Shown here in pieces: positions 16,563 to 25,159 of a DNA stretch of 27,901 nucleotides. A program made the position numbers and the translations under genes. The notes under the pieces were generated by a model. That model made no database searches, was not told where the DNA came from, and saw only the letters and a list, made by a program, of their open reading frames with translations. Each line of letters begins with the position of its first letter. Position 1 is the first letter of the stretch. This stretch comes from a virus (Duplodnaviria > Heunggongvirae > Uroviricota > Caudoviricetes): the IMG/VR virus record IMGVR_UViG_2684622620_000012. One strand, written 5' to 3'.

Positions 16563-17840
16563 ATGAGATACAAGCCCAATCAATACATAATCTGTGATTC
16601 TTACGGTAACTACTATTTAAGGATCACGCTGCCTGTGTATATGCAGCCCTTTTTTGAAGGAAAAAGGACGTTTGTCAGAAGTCTACACACAAGTAATCTT
16701 CGTGTTGCACGTAGAAAGCGTGATCAGATTGCAGATGAATACCATTGTCTACGGGAGAGTGTCGCCCCTGTAAACAGCACAATAGAGAACACGCTGGAAC
16801 TGTTACGCAGTAAGGCTAAATACGCCAAAACAGCTACCAGAATGCAAGATACAGCGTCTTCGTGTCCGTCATTGCTTAAAATTCTTGAAATCTACCTGAC
16901 AATTAACAGCACGAAGAAGAAGCCAGCCACTTTAGCTAAAGCAAGAAAAGCGGTAGAGATGTTTCTCTCCTACCGTAAAAAGCCTGATATTGCATTGCAA
17001 GATGTGAGCCGCACCACTGTTACAGGCTGGATTGAACACATGCAAAAAACCCTTTCACAACAATCAATTGCAAATTATATCAGCCCAATGGCCCAGCTAT
17101 GGGAATTAGCTTCATCACGTTACCACGATGCGCCAGAAAGGGCGCTCTCCCCCTGGCGAGGGCATAGGCTTGATGTGGCACAAAGTAGAGAGAGCTACGA
17201 GGCATTTTCTAACAAAGAGCTATTGCAGGTGTTGCAAGTATTTTCCGGTAATTCAGCAGAAAACAAAGAAATGATGGCTTTGTGTCTTATCGGTGCTTAT
17301 ACAGGTATGCGGATCAATGAGATAGCAAGTCTCACAATAGACGATGTGAAAGAGATCGAAGGTGTGCTGTGTTTTGAAATCACACAGGGAAAAACGAAAG
17401 CTGCGGCACGTGTTGTGCCTGTACATAGCCTTATCACTCCGTTGGTGTTGTCGCTGCGTGAAAAGCCTCATAATGGCTTTTTGTTCTATCACGCCAGCAT
17501 TACAGAGCGTGTAGATGGTAAACGTTCCACGTGGCACACGCAGAGATTTACAAGAGCTAAACGAAAGGCTTTAGGGGAAAAGGGAACAGAAAGGAAGGTG
17601 TTTCATTCTCTGAGACACGGAGTAGCACAGCTTCTTGATCGAAATCAAATTCCAGAAGACAGGATCGCCCTTCTCCTGGGCCATACACGCGGTAAAACGG
17701 AGACATTCCGCACATATAGCAAGAATGCAGCTTCTCCAGTAGAGCTTAAAAAATATATTGAGCTTCTACGCTACCCTGAAATAGAGAAAGGCTTATCAAT
17801 CAATAAAAAATCAAATTTAAGGCGTAAAACAACGCCATAG
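16563..17840 (+). CDS. tyrosine recombinase/integrase (second, divergent), about 425 aa
   Basis: C-terminal catalytic signature FHSLRHGVAQLL ... LLGHTRG ... TFRTYSK (R, H-x-x-R, H, Y); ATG at 16563 preceded by GGGGAG; the track ATG at 16506 lacks an SD. AT-rich. Confidence 0.8.
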   Translation: MRYKPNQYIICDSYGNYYLRITLPVYMQPFFEGKRTFVRSLHTSNLRVARRKRDQIADEYHCLRESVAPVNSTIENTLELLRSKAKYAKTATRMQDTASSCPSLLKILEIYLTINSTKKKPATLAKARKAVEMFLSYRKKPDIALQDVSRTTVTGWIEHMQKTLSQQSIANYISPMAQLWELASSRYHDAPERALSPWRGHRLDVAQSRESYEAFSNKELLQVLQVFSGNSAENKEMMALCLIGAYTGMRINEIASLTIDDVKEIEGVLCFEITQGKTKAAARVVPVHSLITPLVLSLREKPHNGFLFYHASITERVDGKRSTWHTQRFTRAKRKALGEKGTERKVFHSLRHGVAQLLDRNQIPEDRIALLLGHTRGKTETFRTYSKNAASPVELKKYIELLRYPEIEKGLSINKKSNLRRKTTP

Positions 17841-17847
17841 ACGTAAT

Positions 17848-17880
17848 AAAGAGGCTTCAACATAGATTGGTAGCCTCTTT
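17848..17880. terminator. bidirectional hairpin AAAGAGGCT...AGCCTCTTT between convergent genes
   Basis: Perfect 9 bp inverted repeat with 15 nt loop and flanking A/T runs, in the 80 bp gap between the recombinase stop (17840) and the 17922..18635 gene stop. Confidence 0.55.
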
Positions 17881-17921
17881 TATAATTACATCGTTACAGA
17901 GCGTTTTAGAGGCGTTTACGG

Positions 17922-18635
17922 CTATTCCTGTTTAAAGGCAGGAGTAATAGTGTCTTCACCTTCACTACTTGATTTTTCAGTGTTAACACGTTTTTTCATA
18001 TTCGCCCCGATGTTCTTAGATGGCTGTGTTTTGATAGCTACAGTGTTTACAGTGCCATACGAAACGAGCCTGATCTGCTCAAAGCTAAGATCAAATACCA
18101 GGGATTCGCTTGCCTCTTCTGTGTATTCGATGCCTGTTAAAACAACGTTCTCAAAAGTTTTATTTTCTGTAACAAGAAGAAAAGGCTGTCTACTGTCCAT
18201 AATCTGATTCAGGTAGTCTATAGCTAATGATCTTCTGTTCCCGTTCACCCCTGCACTCTTTAACAAGCCAGGATCGCTTTTAATCGGTGTTTCAGTGATC
18301 CTACCTTTAAGAGAAAACTTATTGTTTTTAATTTGAACGTGATCAGACACAGTAGCACCATTTTCTACAGGATAGCTAGTAACATCTGCTTGACGTTTTA
18401 CGTTCACATCGTCTACACTGTCAAAAGCCAGTGCCATATAATTTTCATAAACGTCATTGCCAGAAGAAGCCAAGCCACTGGTAACAATAGCAAATCCGTT
18501 CTCTCCTTTTGTTGTATTAGCTTTGCTATTTTCGTTTTTTGTAGAGTTTATATCTTGTTCTGCTTTGTAAACAGCCTGAACGTGTTGTTCTGGAGTATTT
18601 GCTGCACGTATGGTTAAAATCCCGGCGGTCGCCAT
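17922..18635 (-). CDS. hypothetical protein, 237 aa (possible virion/tail-associated protein)
   Basis: Immediately downstream of the tape-measure-like gene; AAGGAAA SD; no motif recognised. Confidence 0.5.
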   Translation of the reverse strand: MATAGILTIRAANTPEQHVQAVYKAEQDINSTKNENSKANTTKGENGFAIVTSGLASSGNDVYENYMALAFDSVDDVNVKRQADVTSYPVENGATVSDHVQIKNNKFSLKGRITETPIKSDPGLLKSAGVNGNRRSLAIDYLNQIMDSRQPFLLVTENKTFENVVLTGIEYTEEASESLVFDLSFEQIRLVSYGTVNTVAIKTQPSKNIGANMKKRVNTEKSSSEGEDTITPAFKQE

Positions 18636-18669
18636 AATAATAATTTTCCTTGTAATGTTATGGCGGGAA

Positions 18670-20508
18670 TTACCCGCCGTTGGATTGTCCTGATAAGCTG
18701 GTTAATGTTAATGATTTCAAGAAGCTATCCCGACTTGCTCTTGCTGTAAAATCCACATAATCGCTTAATCTTGATGTGTCAGAATTAATAGTAAGAGGAA
18801 CCTCTGTTACCACTTCAAATGTAGGATTCAGATTAAACACAGGAGATAAATTATAAGCCGGAGTTGTCATTGCAAGATTATTTAAAGCACCCTGTTTGAG
18901 ATTGGTTATCGGTGCTTCATTGACTGACATTTTTACATCTGACACAGAAGATTTATCATCGAAAAGCAATCCCTTAATCGTGTTAAAGAGAGAATGACTA
19001 TTATCAGGTGTAGTTGTTGCAGTGCCAGCGCCTTTATATTGGTCAGGAACGAGATTAGAAAGATTCTGTTTCATTCCTTCATTGCTTAATGGCGGTGCAT
19101 CACCTAAATTTTTCTGAATAGCCTCTGTCTTATCATCATTACGATTAAACCAGTTTACAATCTTCATAATAGCTTCAAAGAGACTTCCTGTAGCTTCTCC
19201 CAGCTTCGTAAAATACGGAGTGAGATTAGAAAGGTTTTTCATAAACTCTTCCGTTACTTTTGGATCAAGAGATTTCATAAAGCCGTCTACGAATGCTACT
19301 TGTCTTGCATCAGAAAGCTGTGAAAGCTGTCTGTTTAGTTCTCTGAATTTAACGATAGATTCTTGCTGTGTTTCTGTTAGCCATTTTCCAGAGGCTTTTT
19401 GCTGGTTAATACTTTCTTGTACATCTTTAACGGAACGTTGCCAATATTTTGACGTAAGCATCAAATCATCGCCCAGGTCTTCTAAACGTTGTCCAATTTG
19501 AGAATCTGAAAACCCTTTTTTCATCATTCCATTAACAGCCTTAGAAATTAATCCAGCCGGATTATCAGCAAATTTTTTAAGGTCGCTTTTGTTAATAACA
19601 CCGATGTTTAGAAGTTCATTAATAGCGTTATCACCGCCTTTCCATTCAGATTTTCCGGTTTTCTTGTCTTTCACCAATTCAGCTTCACTGTAGGATTTTG
19701 CGGCACGTTCCCTAACATCTTTCATCTGATCCAGGTATTTTCTAGCCCCTTGATCACCCATCATAGAGTCAACGCCGTTTTTATACGCCCATTCTGTAAT
19801 ATTATACATCTGGTTAACGTCTACACCGCCAAGCCTTGCACGTTGGATCAATTCCCCTTGTGTCTCAGCATTGGCAAAACTATTAGCAACGAATTCGTTT
19901 GCTTTACTCATAGCCATCACGCCAGCAGCCGCTGTAGCGCCTCCAAATAACAGAGCGCCCATAGTGGCGGCATTCCCTGATCCTCCCTTAACAGGTGCAT
20001 AGGCTTTAGCGTGAGCGTTACGATTGCCATTAATCTTACGTTGTTGTTGTTGTAAGCGTTTCATCTGGCTATTCATACGTGCAAGCGAGATAGCCCCTTG
20101 CTCATATTGTTTTGCTATCTCTCTAGCCTGTGCAATAGCTTTATATTGTTCCGCTACAGAGAGGCGGTGCATTGCACTAATGCTTGATCCAACGTCTAAC
20201 AGTTTTAAGGCTGCCTTCTCACTGCGTGCTGCTATTTGTGCCTGTTGCCTTGCCTGTGCTCTTGCTGCGGCAGCTTGTGCTCTTTGATTCTGTTTTTCGG
20301 TTTTAGCTTTCTGTTGAGCAATCTTGTCTACTTCGTTTTGTGCTTTCTTATAGCCTTTAGTGACATTATCAAACCTTAATTTAGCTGGCTTGATATTTTC
20401 TGCGAATTCCTTTAAGCCTGTAATAGAGTCTTTCGCTTTTTTCAAGCTGTCTTTATCTACACTAAATGTAACTGTGTTCTTAATTTTAGAAGTGTTAATT
20501 TCTAACAT
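18670..20508 (-). CDS. tape-measure-like protein, 612 aa (long coiled coils plus Gly/Ala-rich hydrophobic segment)
   Basis: N-terminal Q/A/K/R-rich coiled-coil region and GALLFGGATAAAGVMAMS segment resemble phage tail tape-measure proteins; AAGGGGA SD; assignment is by composition only. Confidence 0.45.
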   Translation of the reverse strand: MLEINTSKIKNTVTFSVDKDSLKKAKDSITGLKEFAENIKPAKLRFDNVTKGYKKAQNEVDKIAQQKAKTEKQNQRAQAAAARAQARQQAQIAARSEKAALKLLDVGSSISAMHRLSVAEQYKAIAQAREIAKQYEQGAISLARMNSQMKRLQQQQRKINGNRNAHAKAYAPVKGGSGNAATMGALLFGGATAAAGVMAMSKANEFVANSFANAETQGELIQRARLGGVDVNQMYNITEWAYKNGVDSMMGDQGARKYLDQMKDVRERAAKSYSEAELVKDKKTGKSEWKGGDNAINELLNIGVINKSDLKKFADNPAGLISKAVNGMMKKGFSDSQIGQRLEDLGDDLMLTSKYWQRSVKDVQESINQQKASGKWLTETQQESIVKFRELNRQLSQLSDARQVAFVDGFMKSLDPKVTEEFMKNLSNLTPYFTKLGEATGSLFEAIMKIVNWFNRNDDKTEAIQKNLGDAPPLSNEGMKQNLSNLVPDQYKGAGTATTTPDNSHSLFNTIKGLLFDDKSSVSDVKMSVNEAPITNLKQGALNNLAMTTPAYNLSPVFNLNPTFEVVTEVPLTINSDTSRLSDYVDFTARASRDSFLKSLTLTSLSGQSNGG

Positions 20509-20519
20509 TTAAAATCCCC

Positions 20520-20723
20520 TTAATCATTTTTACCACCTTCTTTACTTAAGAAATGGTGTAGAGCCTGATCAATACTCTCGTTTAATCTGAACATACGGGC
20601 TTTTACTCCTTCATATGGAACATCTAGGAGAGAACAGAGATATTTCAGATTTAACAAGCCTCTAGAATCATTAGCATCTAAATGTACGTGTACACCATTT
20701 TTTGATTTCAAAATCACTTCCAT
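20520..20723 (-). CDS. hypothetical small protein, 67 aa
   Basis: Strong SD GAGGTGA upstream of the ATG; 11 bp before the tape-measure-like gene. Confidence 0.5.
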   Translation of the reverse strand: MEVILKSKNGVHVHLDANDSRGLLNLKYLCSLLDVPYEGVKARMFRLNESIDQALHHFLSKEGGKND

Positions 20724-20753
20724 ATTTTAATCACCTCTCAAAATTTAAAAAAA

Positions 20754-20779
20754 TAAAAAAAAAGGCGAAGCGTGAATAC
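20754..20779 (-). terminator. hairpin followed by a T9 run (minus-strand sense) after the 342 aa gene
   Basis: GCGTG-AATA-CACGC core stem within GGCGAAGCGTG...CGCCACGCC; on the minus strand it is followed by TTTTTTTTTATTTTTTT. Confidence 0.4.
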
Positions 20780-20808
20780 ACGCCACGCCTCTAATACACG
20801 TTAAAATA

Positions 20809-21837
20809 TTATTTAACTGTGATCTGCACAGAGAAGCCAACACCGTGGTTTACCACCATCTGGCTATTCTCTGTAACAACGTTAACAGCATCACCACGAG
20901 AAGATTCATAGCTATAGCTGTACACCTCAGCAGGAGCGGCATTAATCAGTTCAAAGGTGCTGGAAGCCGCCCCATAGATGGCCTGGTAGACGTTAGAGCA
21001 TTTAGCGAATTTAGGCACGGCTACAGCGTCAGCGGTCATATGTGCAAGGTGTAGCGGATCTACCAGTTTAACAACATCAATGTTAGTTCCTGGAATAGTG
21101 AACGCTGTCACCCCTGGCAGCAGGTCACGACGCTGATACACAACGTTCCCTTCTTCCAGTGGGCTTACATACTGGAATGCGTTTGCCATACCCGCAGAGA
21201 ATCGAATTGCAGAGAAGGCTTCCGGCTTACAGAAAACAACAATACGCTCTACAGCAGCCGCCTGGCTTTGTGCTTTCTCGATAATGTCAGTAGCAATCTG
21301 ATCAAATTCTTTAAAAATCTTCGTGGTGTCAGTGCTGGAGGCGTTAACAGTGGCTTTCATAGGTGTCACATTAAACAGCTTGCCCCACTCGATAAGAACA
21401 TCATCAGTTTTCGGGGTGTAGGTGCGACCACTAAACAGAGAAGCAGCCAATACGCTCTCTTTTGTACGCTGATACGCTACGTGGTGTTTAGCAACATAGT
21501 CAGCATAGATATCAGTGAGTGTTTCCTGAAAATCAGTGCCAGGCTTACGCTTGCCTTGCACGTCCTGCGGTTTGATCAGGTCTTGCCTTAAAAAGTACGG
21601 AATTTCAATAAGATATTCTTTACCTTGTTCTCGCTTAGTAACGTTGTGTTCAGAAGAGAAACGAGAGGTTTCTTTGTTGAACAGAGATTCGTTGCTTTCG
21701 ACAAGCTGGGAAACAGCTACTTTATGAGATGTAACCCCTACAGAATCCGTAAAATCAAGAGTAGAGAGCAGATAGTTTCTAGTGCTATGAGCCTGGAAAA
21801 GCGGAGCTAAATCAACGTAATCATTACCTAGAATCAT
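20809..21837 (-). CDS. phage structural-like protein, 342 aa (major capsid or major tail candidate)
   Basis: Size and position (after two small genes, before a terminator and the tape-measure-like gene) fit a major structural protein; no diagnostic motif recognised, so capsid versus tail is unresolved. Confidence 0.4.
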   Translation of the reverse strand: MILGNDYVDLAPLFQAHSTRNYLLSTLDFTDSVGVTSHKVAVSQLVESNESLFNKETSRFSSEHNVTKREQGKEYLIEIPYFLRQDLIKPQDVQGKRKPGTDFQETLTDIYADYVAKHHVAYQRTKESVLAASLFSGRTYTPKTDDVLIEWGKLFNVTPMKATVNASSTDTTKIFKEFDQIATDIIEKAQSQAAAVERIVVFCKPEAFSAIRFSAGMANAFQYVSPLEEGNVVYQRRDLLPGVTAFTIPGTNIDVVKLVDPLHLAHMTADAVAVPKFAKCSNVYQAIYGAASSTFELINAAPAEVYSYSYESSRGDAVNVVTENSQMVVNHGVGFSVQITVK

Positions 21838-21855
21838 TTATTATTATTCCTTTTA

Positions 21856-22218
21856 TTAAGAAGTGAAAACTGTATTAAAGCCTTCAAGCTGGAAGCCTTT
21901 TTTAATTAATGCTGTTTTTGCTGCTTCACTTACAGCATTCAGCGCATCAGCTTTGATGCAGACAAGCCCAGCATTGCTACGTAAAACATCTACAGGCTTG
22001 TTTTCTCCAGCCGTTACAAATTCACTCATAACAACATAAATATCATCTCCTGATTCATATATAGCGCCAGTGCTGGTGATCAAGTCTCCGCATTCAACAT
22101 CAGCAGAAAGAGAAGCAAAAACCTTGCTTTCTACAGAGGCAAACGGATCAGTACAATAACTTACAATATCTGTGAAAGTCTTTCGGACTGGAAACAGAGT
22201 GTCTAAATCAATAATCAT
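21856..22218 (-). CDS. hypothetical protein, 120 aa (possible decoration/connector-type structural protein)
   Basis: ATG overlaps the upstream stop (ATGA); positional inference only. Confidence 0.45.
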   Translation of the reverse strand: MIIDLDTLFPVRKTFTDIVSYCTDPFASVESKVFASLSADVECGDLITSTGAIYESGDDIYVVMSEFVTAGENKPVDVLRSNAGLVCIKADALNAVSEAAKTALIKKGFQLEGFNTVFTS

Positions 22219-22427
22219 TTAGTAATCTCCTTAGCTTTTAATTTGATTAATTCATTAAGGGAAGGTGTAGACGGAGAAGAAGGAGAAAAATATTTTTCAA
22301 CACATCTTTCTACTTCCTCTACAGAACACCCAGCGTATTTAGCTACCATTTCGGTAATTTGTGGATTGATCTTTAGCATTTCATCGCGATACTTGATGAT
22401 TTGCTCTTTATCATTTAAAAACAACAT
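22215..22427 (-). CDS. hypothetical protein, 70 aa
   Basis: ORF with a weak SD; first gene after the terminator at 22495-22521. Confidence 0.4.
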   Translation of the reverse strand: MLFLNDKEQIIKYRDEMLKINPQITEMVAKYAGCSVEEVERCVEKYFSPSSPSTPSLNELIKLKAKEITK

Positions 22428-22494
22428 TTATATAAACCTTGTTACCTTGTTTAAAGTAAGAAATACAACTTTTAAGTTGCATAACGGGCAAAAT

Positions 22495-22521
22495 AAAAGG
22501 CAGCATTTAAAGCCGCCTTTT
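22495..22521. terminator. hairpin AAAAGGCAGC-ATTTAAA-GCCGCCTTTT
   Basis: 10 bp stem with one mismatch, A-run 5' and T-run 3'; separates the upstream early-type genes from the structural-like genes. Confidence 0.45.
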
Positions 22522-22770
22522 ATTAACTTGTACCTATGTAATTACCCTATGTTATGCATACTCCAAGATGTATGCATAACAAAGGAAAAAAGAGGTAATA
22601 ATGACACTTAAGGAGGAGGAGAAGCGGGGAGCGGAGATTTTACTCCCCTTTAATGACAGGAAGAATTTTTAATATCGAACCAATAAAGGAAAAATAATCA
22701 CCCTATATAATTATATTAACATACAATAGATGAAATGTCAAGATATTTTACAACTTTTTTGTTGCTTTTT

Positions 22771-23106
22771 TTATTCTTCTGTGATAACGGCTAAGCGTTG
22801 AGCGAGTTCGATAAGGCCATCTCCCACATAGCGAACATCAGATTCAATATCTTCTATCCAGTTTGATAGCTCCCATATCTGATCGGCTGTCAGGTATGCG
22901 TTCTCACGCTTACAGAGCATCTCTACACGCTTAGAGAGGTTCTCAAAGGCATTCACAGCTAAATCCCAGTGTTTAAACGCCTCATTTAGTGCCGCTGGGG
23001 TGTTTTCTTTGTATGCTTCAAGTTCAGCGCGGTTTAAAGGCAGGAGGTAATCATCCTCATAATAATTAATTAGTGAGTAAATTGTATCATACGTGTTTTT
23101 GTTCAT
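22771..23106 (-). CDS. hypothetical acidic protein, about 111 aa
   Basis: ATG at 23106 with GGAGA upstream, 1 nt after the upstream stop; the track ORF starts at 23133 without an SD. Confidence 0.45.
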   Translation of the reverse strand: MNKNTYDTIYSLINYYEDDYLLPLNRAELEAYKENTPAALNEAFKHWDLAVNAFENLSKRVEMLCKRENAYLTADQIWELSNWIEDIESDVRYVGDGLIELAQRLAVITEE

Positions 23107-23107
23107 A

Positions 23108-23518
23108 TTAAAAGTCTCCATAGTGATCAGCATTATCTAGAATTTGGAATTCAGGAACTAAATTATTTAGGCCATTGGTGGCGAGATAACCAACGTAGTG
23201 ATTATAATCTTCAAATCCTAAAATCTGGTATTTGCGTAAATCAGAGCTGTCAACAATATACTCTTTTCTTTTTCTAGGTTTCCAGAATACGCCAGGTGTT
23301 GAAGATAAGATTTCTTGTAATGCGATATATTCATCTCCACAAGGCACAGAGGGAGAATGTTCTATGATCTCTGTTTTCCATTCGCCAGGGGCGCTATTAT
23401 GCTTGGTGAGCGTAACTAGCTCTTTAAAGTCTTTGCGTCTTAGAATAGATTTAGGTTTACTTAGAAGAGAAGCTGAATCACCGATCTTCTTAACAACGTT
23501 GTTTTTTCTTTTTGCCAT
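23108..23518 (-). CDS. hypothetical protein with basic N-terminus, 136 aa
   Basis: AAGGAAAA SD; N-terminal MAKRKNNVVKK suggests nucleic-acid binding; no motif recognised. Confidence 0.5.
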   Translation of the reverse strand: MAKRKNNVVKKIGDSASLLSKPKSILRRKDFKELVTLTKHNSAPGEWKTEIIEHSPSVPCGDEYIALQEILSSTPGVFWKPRKRKEYIVDSSDLRKYQILGFEDYNHYVGYLATNGLNNLVPEFQILDNADHYGDF

Positions 23519-23650
23519 TATTTACTTTTCCTTTTCTTTTAAAGGAAAACACCCCGAAATATGTTTCTAACGTGAGAAAGAACAATAACCAATACATAGC
23601 TACTATCATAATAATGTTTTCCTTTTATATTTTAATTAAATAGAGAGATT

Positions 23651-23929
23651 TTAGAGAGTGGAATAGATGAATTCTATTTCTTTATCTAGTCTTTTGAGAT
23701 TGAATGTAGAGAAAGATAATTCTTTAATCTCTATAACACCGAAATTTGATAGCTGTTTAAGCCAGAATTTTAAACCATCTTCAGAGCACCCTGCTCGATG
23801 TAACACATCGCTATATTTTAGCGGTGTTGGCTTTCCTTTATAGAGGTAAGCAAGTGTTTCGTAGATGCGTTTTCCTGTGTCATTACACTGAATTCTGTCT
23901 ACTTGATTTTTTACTAAATATTGAATCAT
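23651..23929 (-). CDS. hypothetical protein, 92 aa
   Basis: Strong SD TAAGGAGGG upstream of the ATG. Confidence 0.5.
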   Translation of the reverse strand: MIQYLVKNQVDRIQCNDTGKRIYETLAYLYKGKPTPLKYSDVLHRAGCSEDGLKFWLKQLSNFGVIEIKELSFSTFNLKRLDKEIEFIYSTL

Positions 23930-23940
23930 AACCCTCCTTA

Positions 23941-24594
23941 TTAAAATGGAATATCAAAGTCATCATACACATTTGGGTAATGCTTAGAAAAATATGCCTC
24001 AATACCATTTGGTAGCTTTAACCTGTGCTTATAGGCTAACGATGTTGCAAATTCTATAAAGGATGCTCCTGCTGTTCTGGTGTTTTTCTGCTGGCAGATA
24101 AGAGAGGCAAAATTCTCTAACACATCCTCCTCATTATCATTAGCTACTTTTTCACTTGATGAAACAGGTGTTTCTTCCGTCTCCCACGGCAAAGGCGCAT
24201 CCCAATCATCAAGAACATCAAAAGAAGACTCTTTATTATCTTCCGTAGGGGGAAGCTGATCAGGAACAGCTTTAACAGTAGCTTCTTGTTGTGTCTGGGC
24301 TTCTTGTCTAGCTTCTTCTTGTGGAATATCTACCACTTGATAGACATTAGAACTTCCTGGTCGTGCATCTTTTATAATTAATCCCATTTCGAGCAATTTC
24401 TTAACCCTTTCCTCTGCTGCTCTTGGTGTTATGCCAAAAACATCGCCTATCTTAGCGTAAGAGGGAAATGCACGATCAAACCCTTTCAGATAGCAGTAAA
24501 GGTTTTTAGCACTATCTGTAAATTTATGCCCGTTTACTTGGCTTATTTTTAGAATCCACATAGGAACTTTTACAAATTGTTCTTCATTAATCAT
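23941..24594 (-). CDS. winged-helix DNA-binding protein with acidic C-terminal region, 217 aa (replication-initiator-like)
   Basis: AKNLYCYLKGFDRAFPSYAKIGDVFGITPRAAEERVKKLLEMGLII resembles winged-helix N-terminal domains of replication initiators/replisome organisers; AAGGAG SD. Confidence 0.45.
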   Translation of the reverse strand: MINEEQFVKVPMWILKISQVNGHKFTDSAKNLYCYLKGFDRAFPSYAKIGDVFGITPRAAEERVKKLLEMGLIIKDARPGSSNVYQVVDIPQEEARQEAQTQQEATVKAVPDQLPPTEDNKESSFDVLDDWDAPLPWETEETPVSSSEKVANDNEEDVLENFASLICQQKNTRTAGASFIEFATSLAYKHRLKLPNGIEAYFSKHYPNVYDDFDIPF

Positions 24595-24645
24595 TAAAAA
24601 TCTCCTTATAAATCACGCTTAATGCGCTACTAAAGTGAATGAGGA

Positions 24646-24813
24646 TCACTTACCCTTTTTTTGTTTGATGTTCTCTGCTGCTTCAGTAATGATTTCTAAC
24701 ATCAAATCACTGACCATAATTTGCCTTTTCTTGGCTTCAGCAAATAAAACCTTGAAGATTTCAGGGTCAACGTGTAGGTAAGTGCGCGGAATTGGTTTCT
24801 TGGTTTCGCTCAT
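24646..24813 (-). CDS. ribbon-helix-helix (CopG/Arc-like) DNA-binding protein, 55 aa
   Basis: Not in the ORF track (under 60 aa). GAAGGAGAAAACT upstream of the ATG; PRTYLHVDPEIFKVLFAEAKKRQIMVSDLMLEIITEA fits beta-strand plus two helices. Confidence 0.55.
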   Translation of the reverse strand: MSETKKPIPRTYLHVDPEIFKVLFAEAKKRQIMVSDLMLEIITEAAENIKQKKGK

Positions 24814-24832
24814 AGTTTTCTCCTTCTATTCT

Positions 24833-25021
24833 TTACTCTGTTTCAGATTCTTTTTCATTTTTTCTTAGTTCATCAATAATCTTGAGTGCTTCATTGAAGC
24901 AAGCTGCTCGCTCTGGATAACCTCGACTCCTTGCCATATTACGATTCATTACTACTTGATGGCGAGATAACTCACCTTTTTTAAATGCCGAGACGACGTG
25001 CTCCGGTGTAAACCATTTCAT
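24833..25021 (-). CDS. hypothetical small protein, 62 aa, first gene of the minus-strand operon
   Basis: AAGGAG SD upstream of the ATG at 25021; putative promoter upstream. Confidence 0.5.
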   Translation of the reverse strand: MKWFTPEHVVSAFKKGELSRHQVVMNRNMARSRGYPERAACFNEALKIIDELRKNEKESETE

Positions 25022-25130
25022 AAAAACTCCTTATTCAGTTAAAAGAAAAAACACCTTGCAAGCCTGACGGCTTCAAAGTGCATTGATTTTGATTATTTAG
25101 AGAAGAATGTTTTTCTGTCCCTCTAATACC

Positions 25131-25159
25131 TATTATTACATATAAAGAAACATTTGTCA
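25131..25159 (-). promoter_or_regulatory. putative sigma70 promoter (TTGACA, 17 bp spacer, AATAAT) for the 25021 operon
   Basis: On the minus strand TTGACAAATGTTTCTTTATATGTAATAAT: perfect -35 hexamer and an AT-rich -10-like hexamer about 100 bp upstream of the first start codon. Confidence 0.4.

Noticed and set aside
17253-17537. Minus-strand ORF inside the second recombinase gene
   Set aside because: Antisense to the recombinase catalytic domain.
19220-20287. Plus-strand ORFs 19220..19501, 19750..19950 and 20024..20287
   Set aside because: Antisense to the tape-measure-like gene; Cys/Ser-rich translations.
21856-22218. Calling the 120 aa and 342 aa proteins lambda gpD-like decoration and gpE-like major capsid proteins
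   Set aside because: Gene order and sizes fit, but I could not align either sequence to lambda gpD or gpE by eye, and a major-tail reading is equally consistent with the downstream tape-measure-like gene; left as structural-like.
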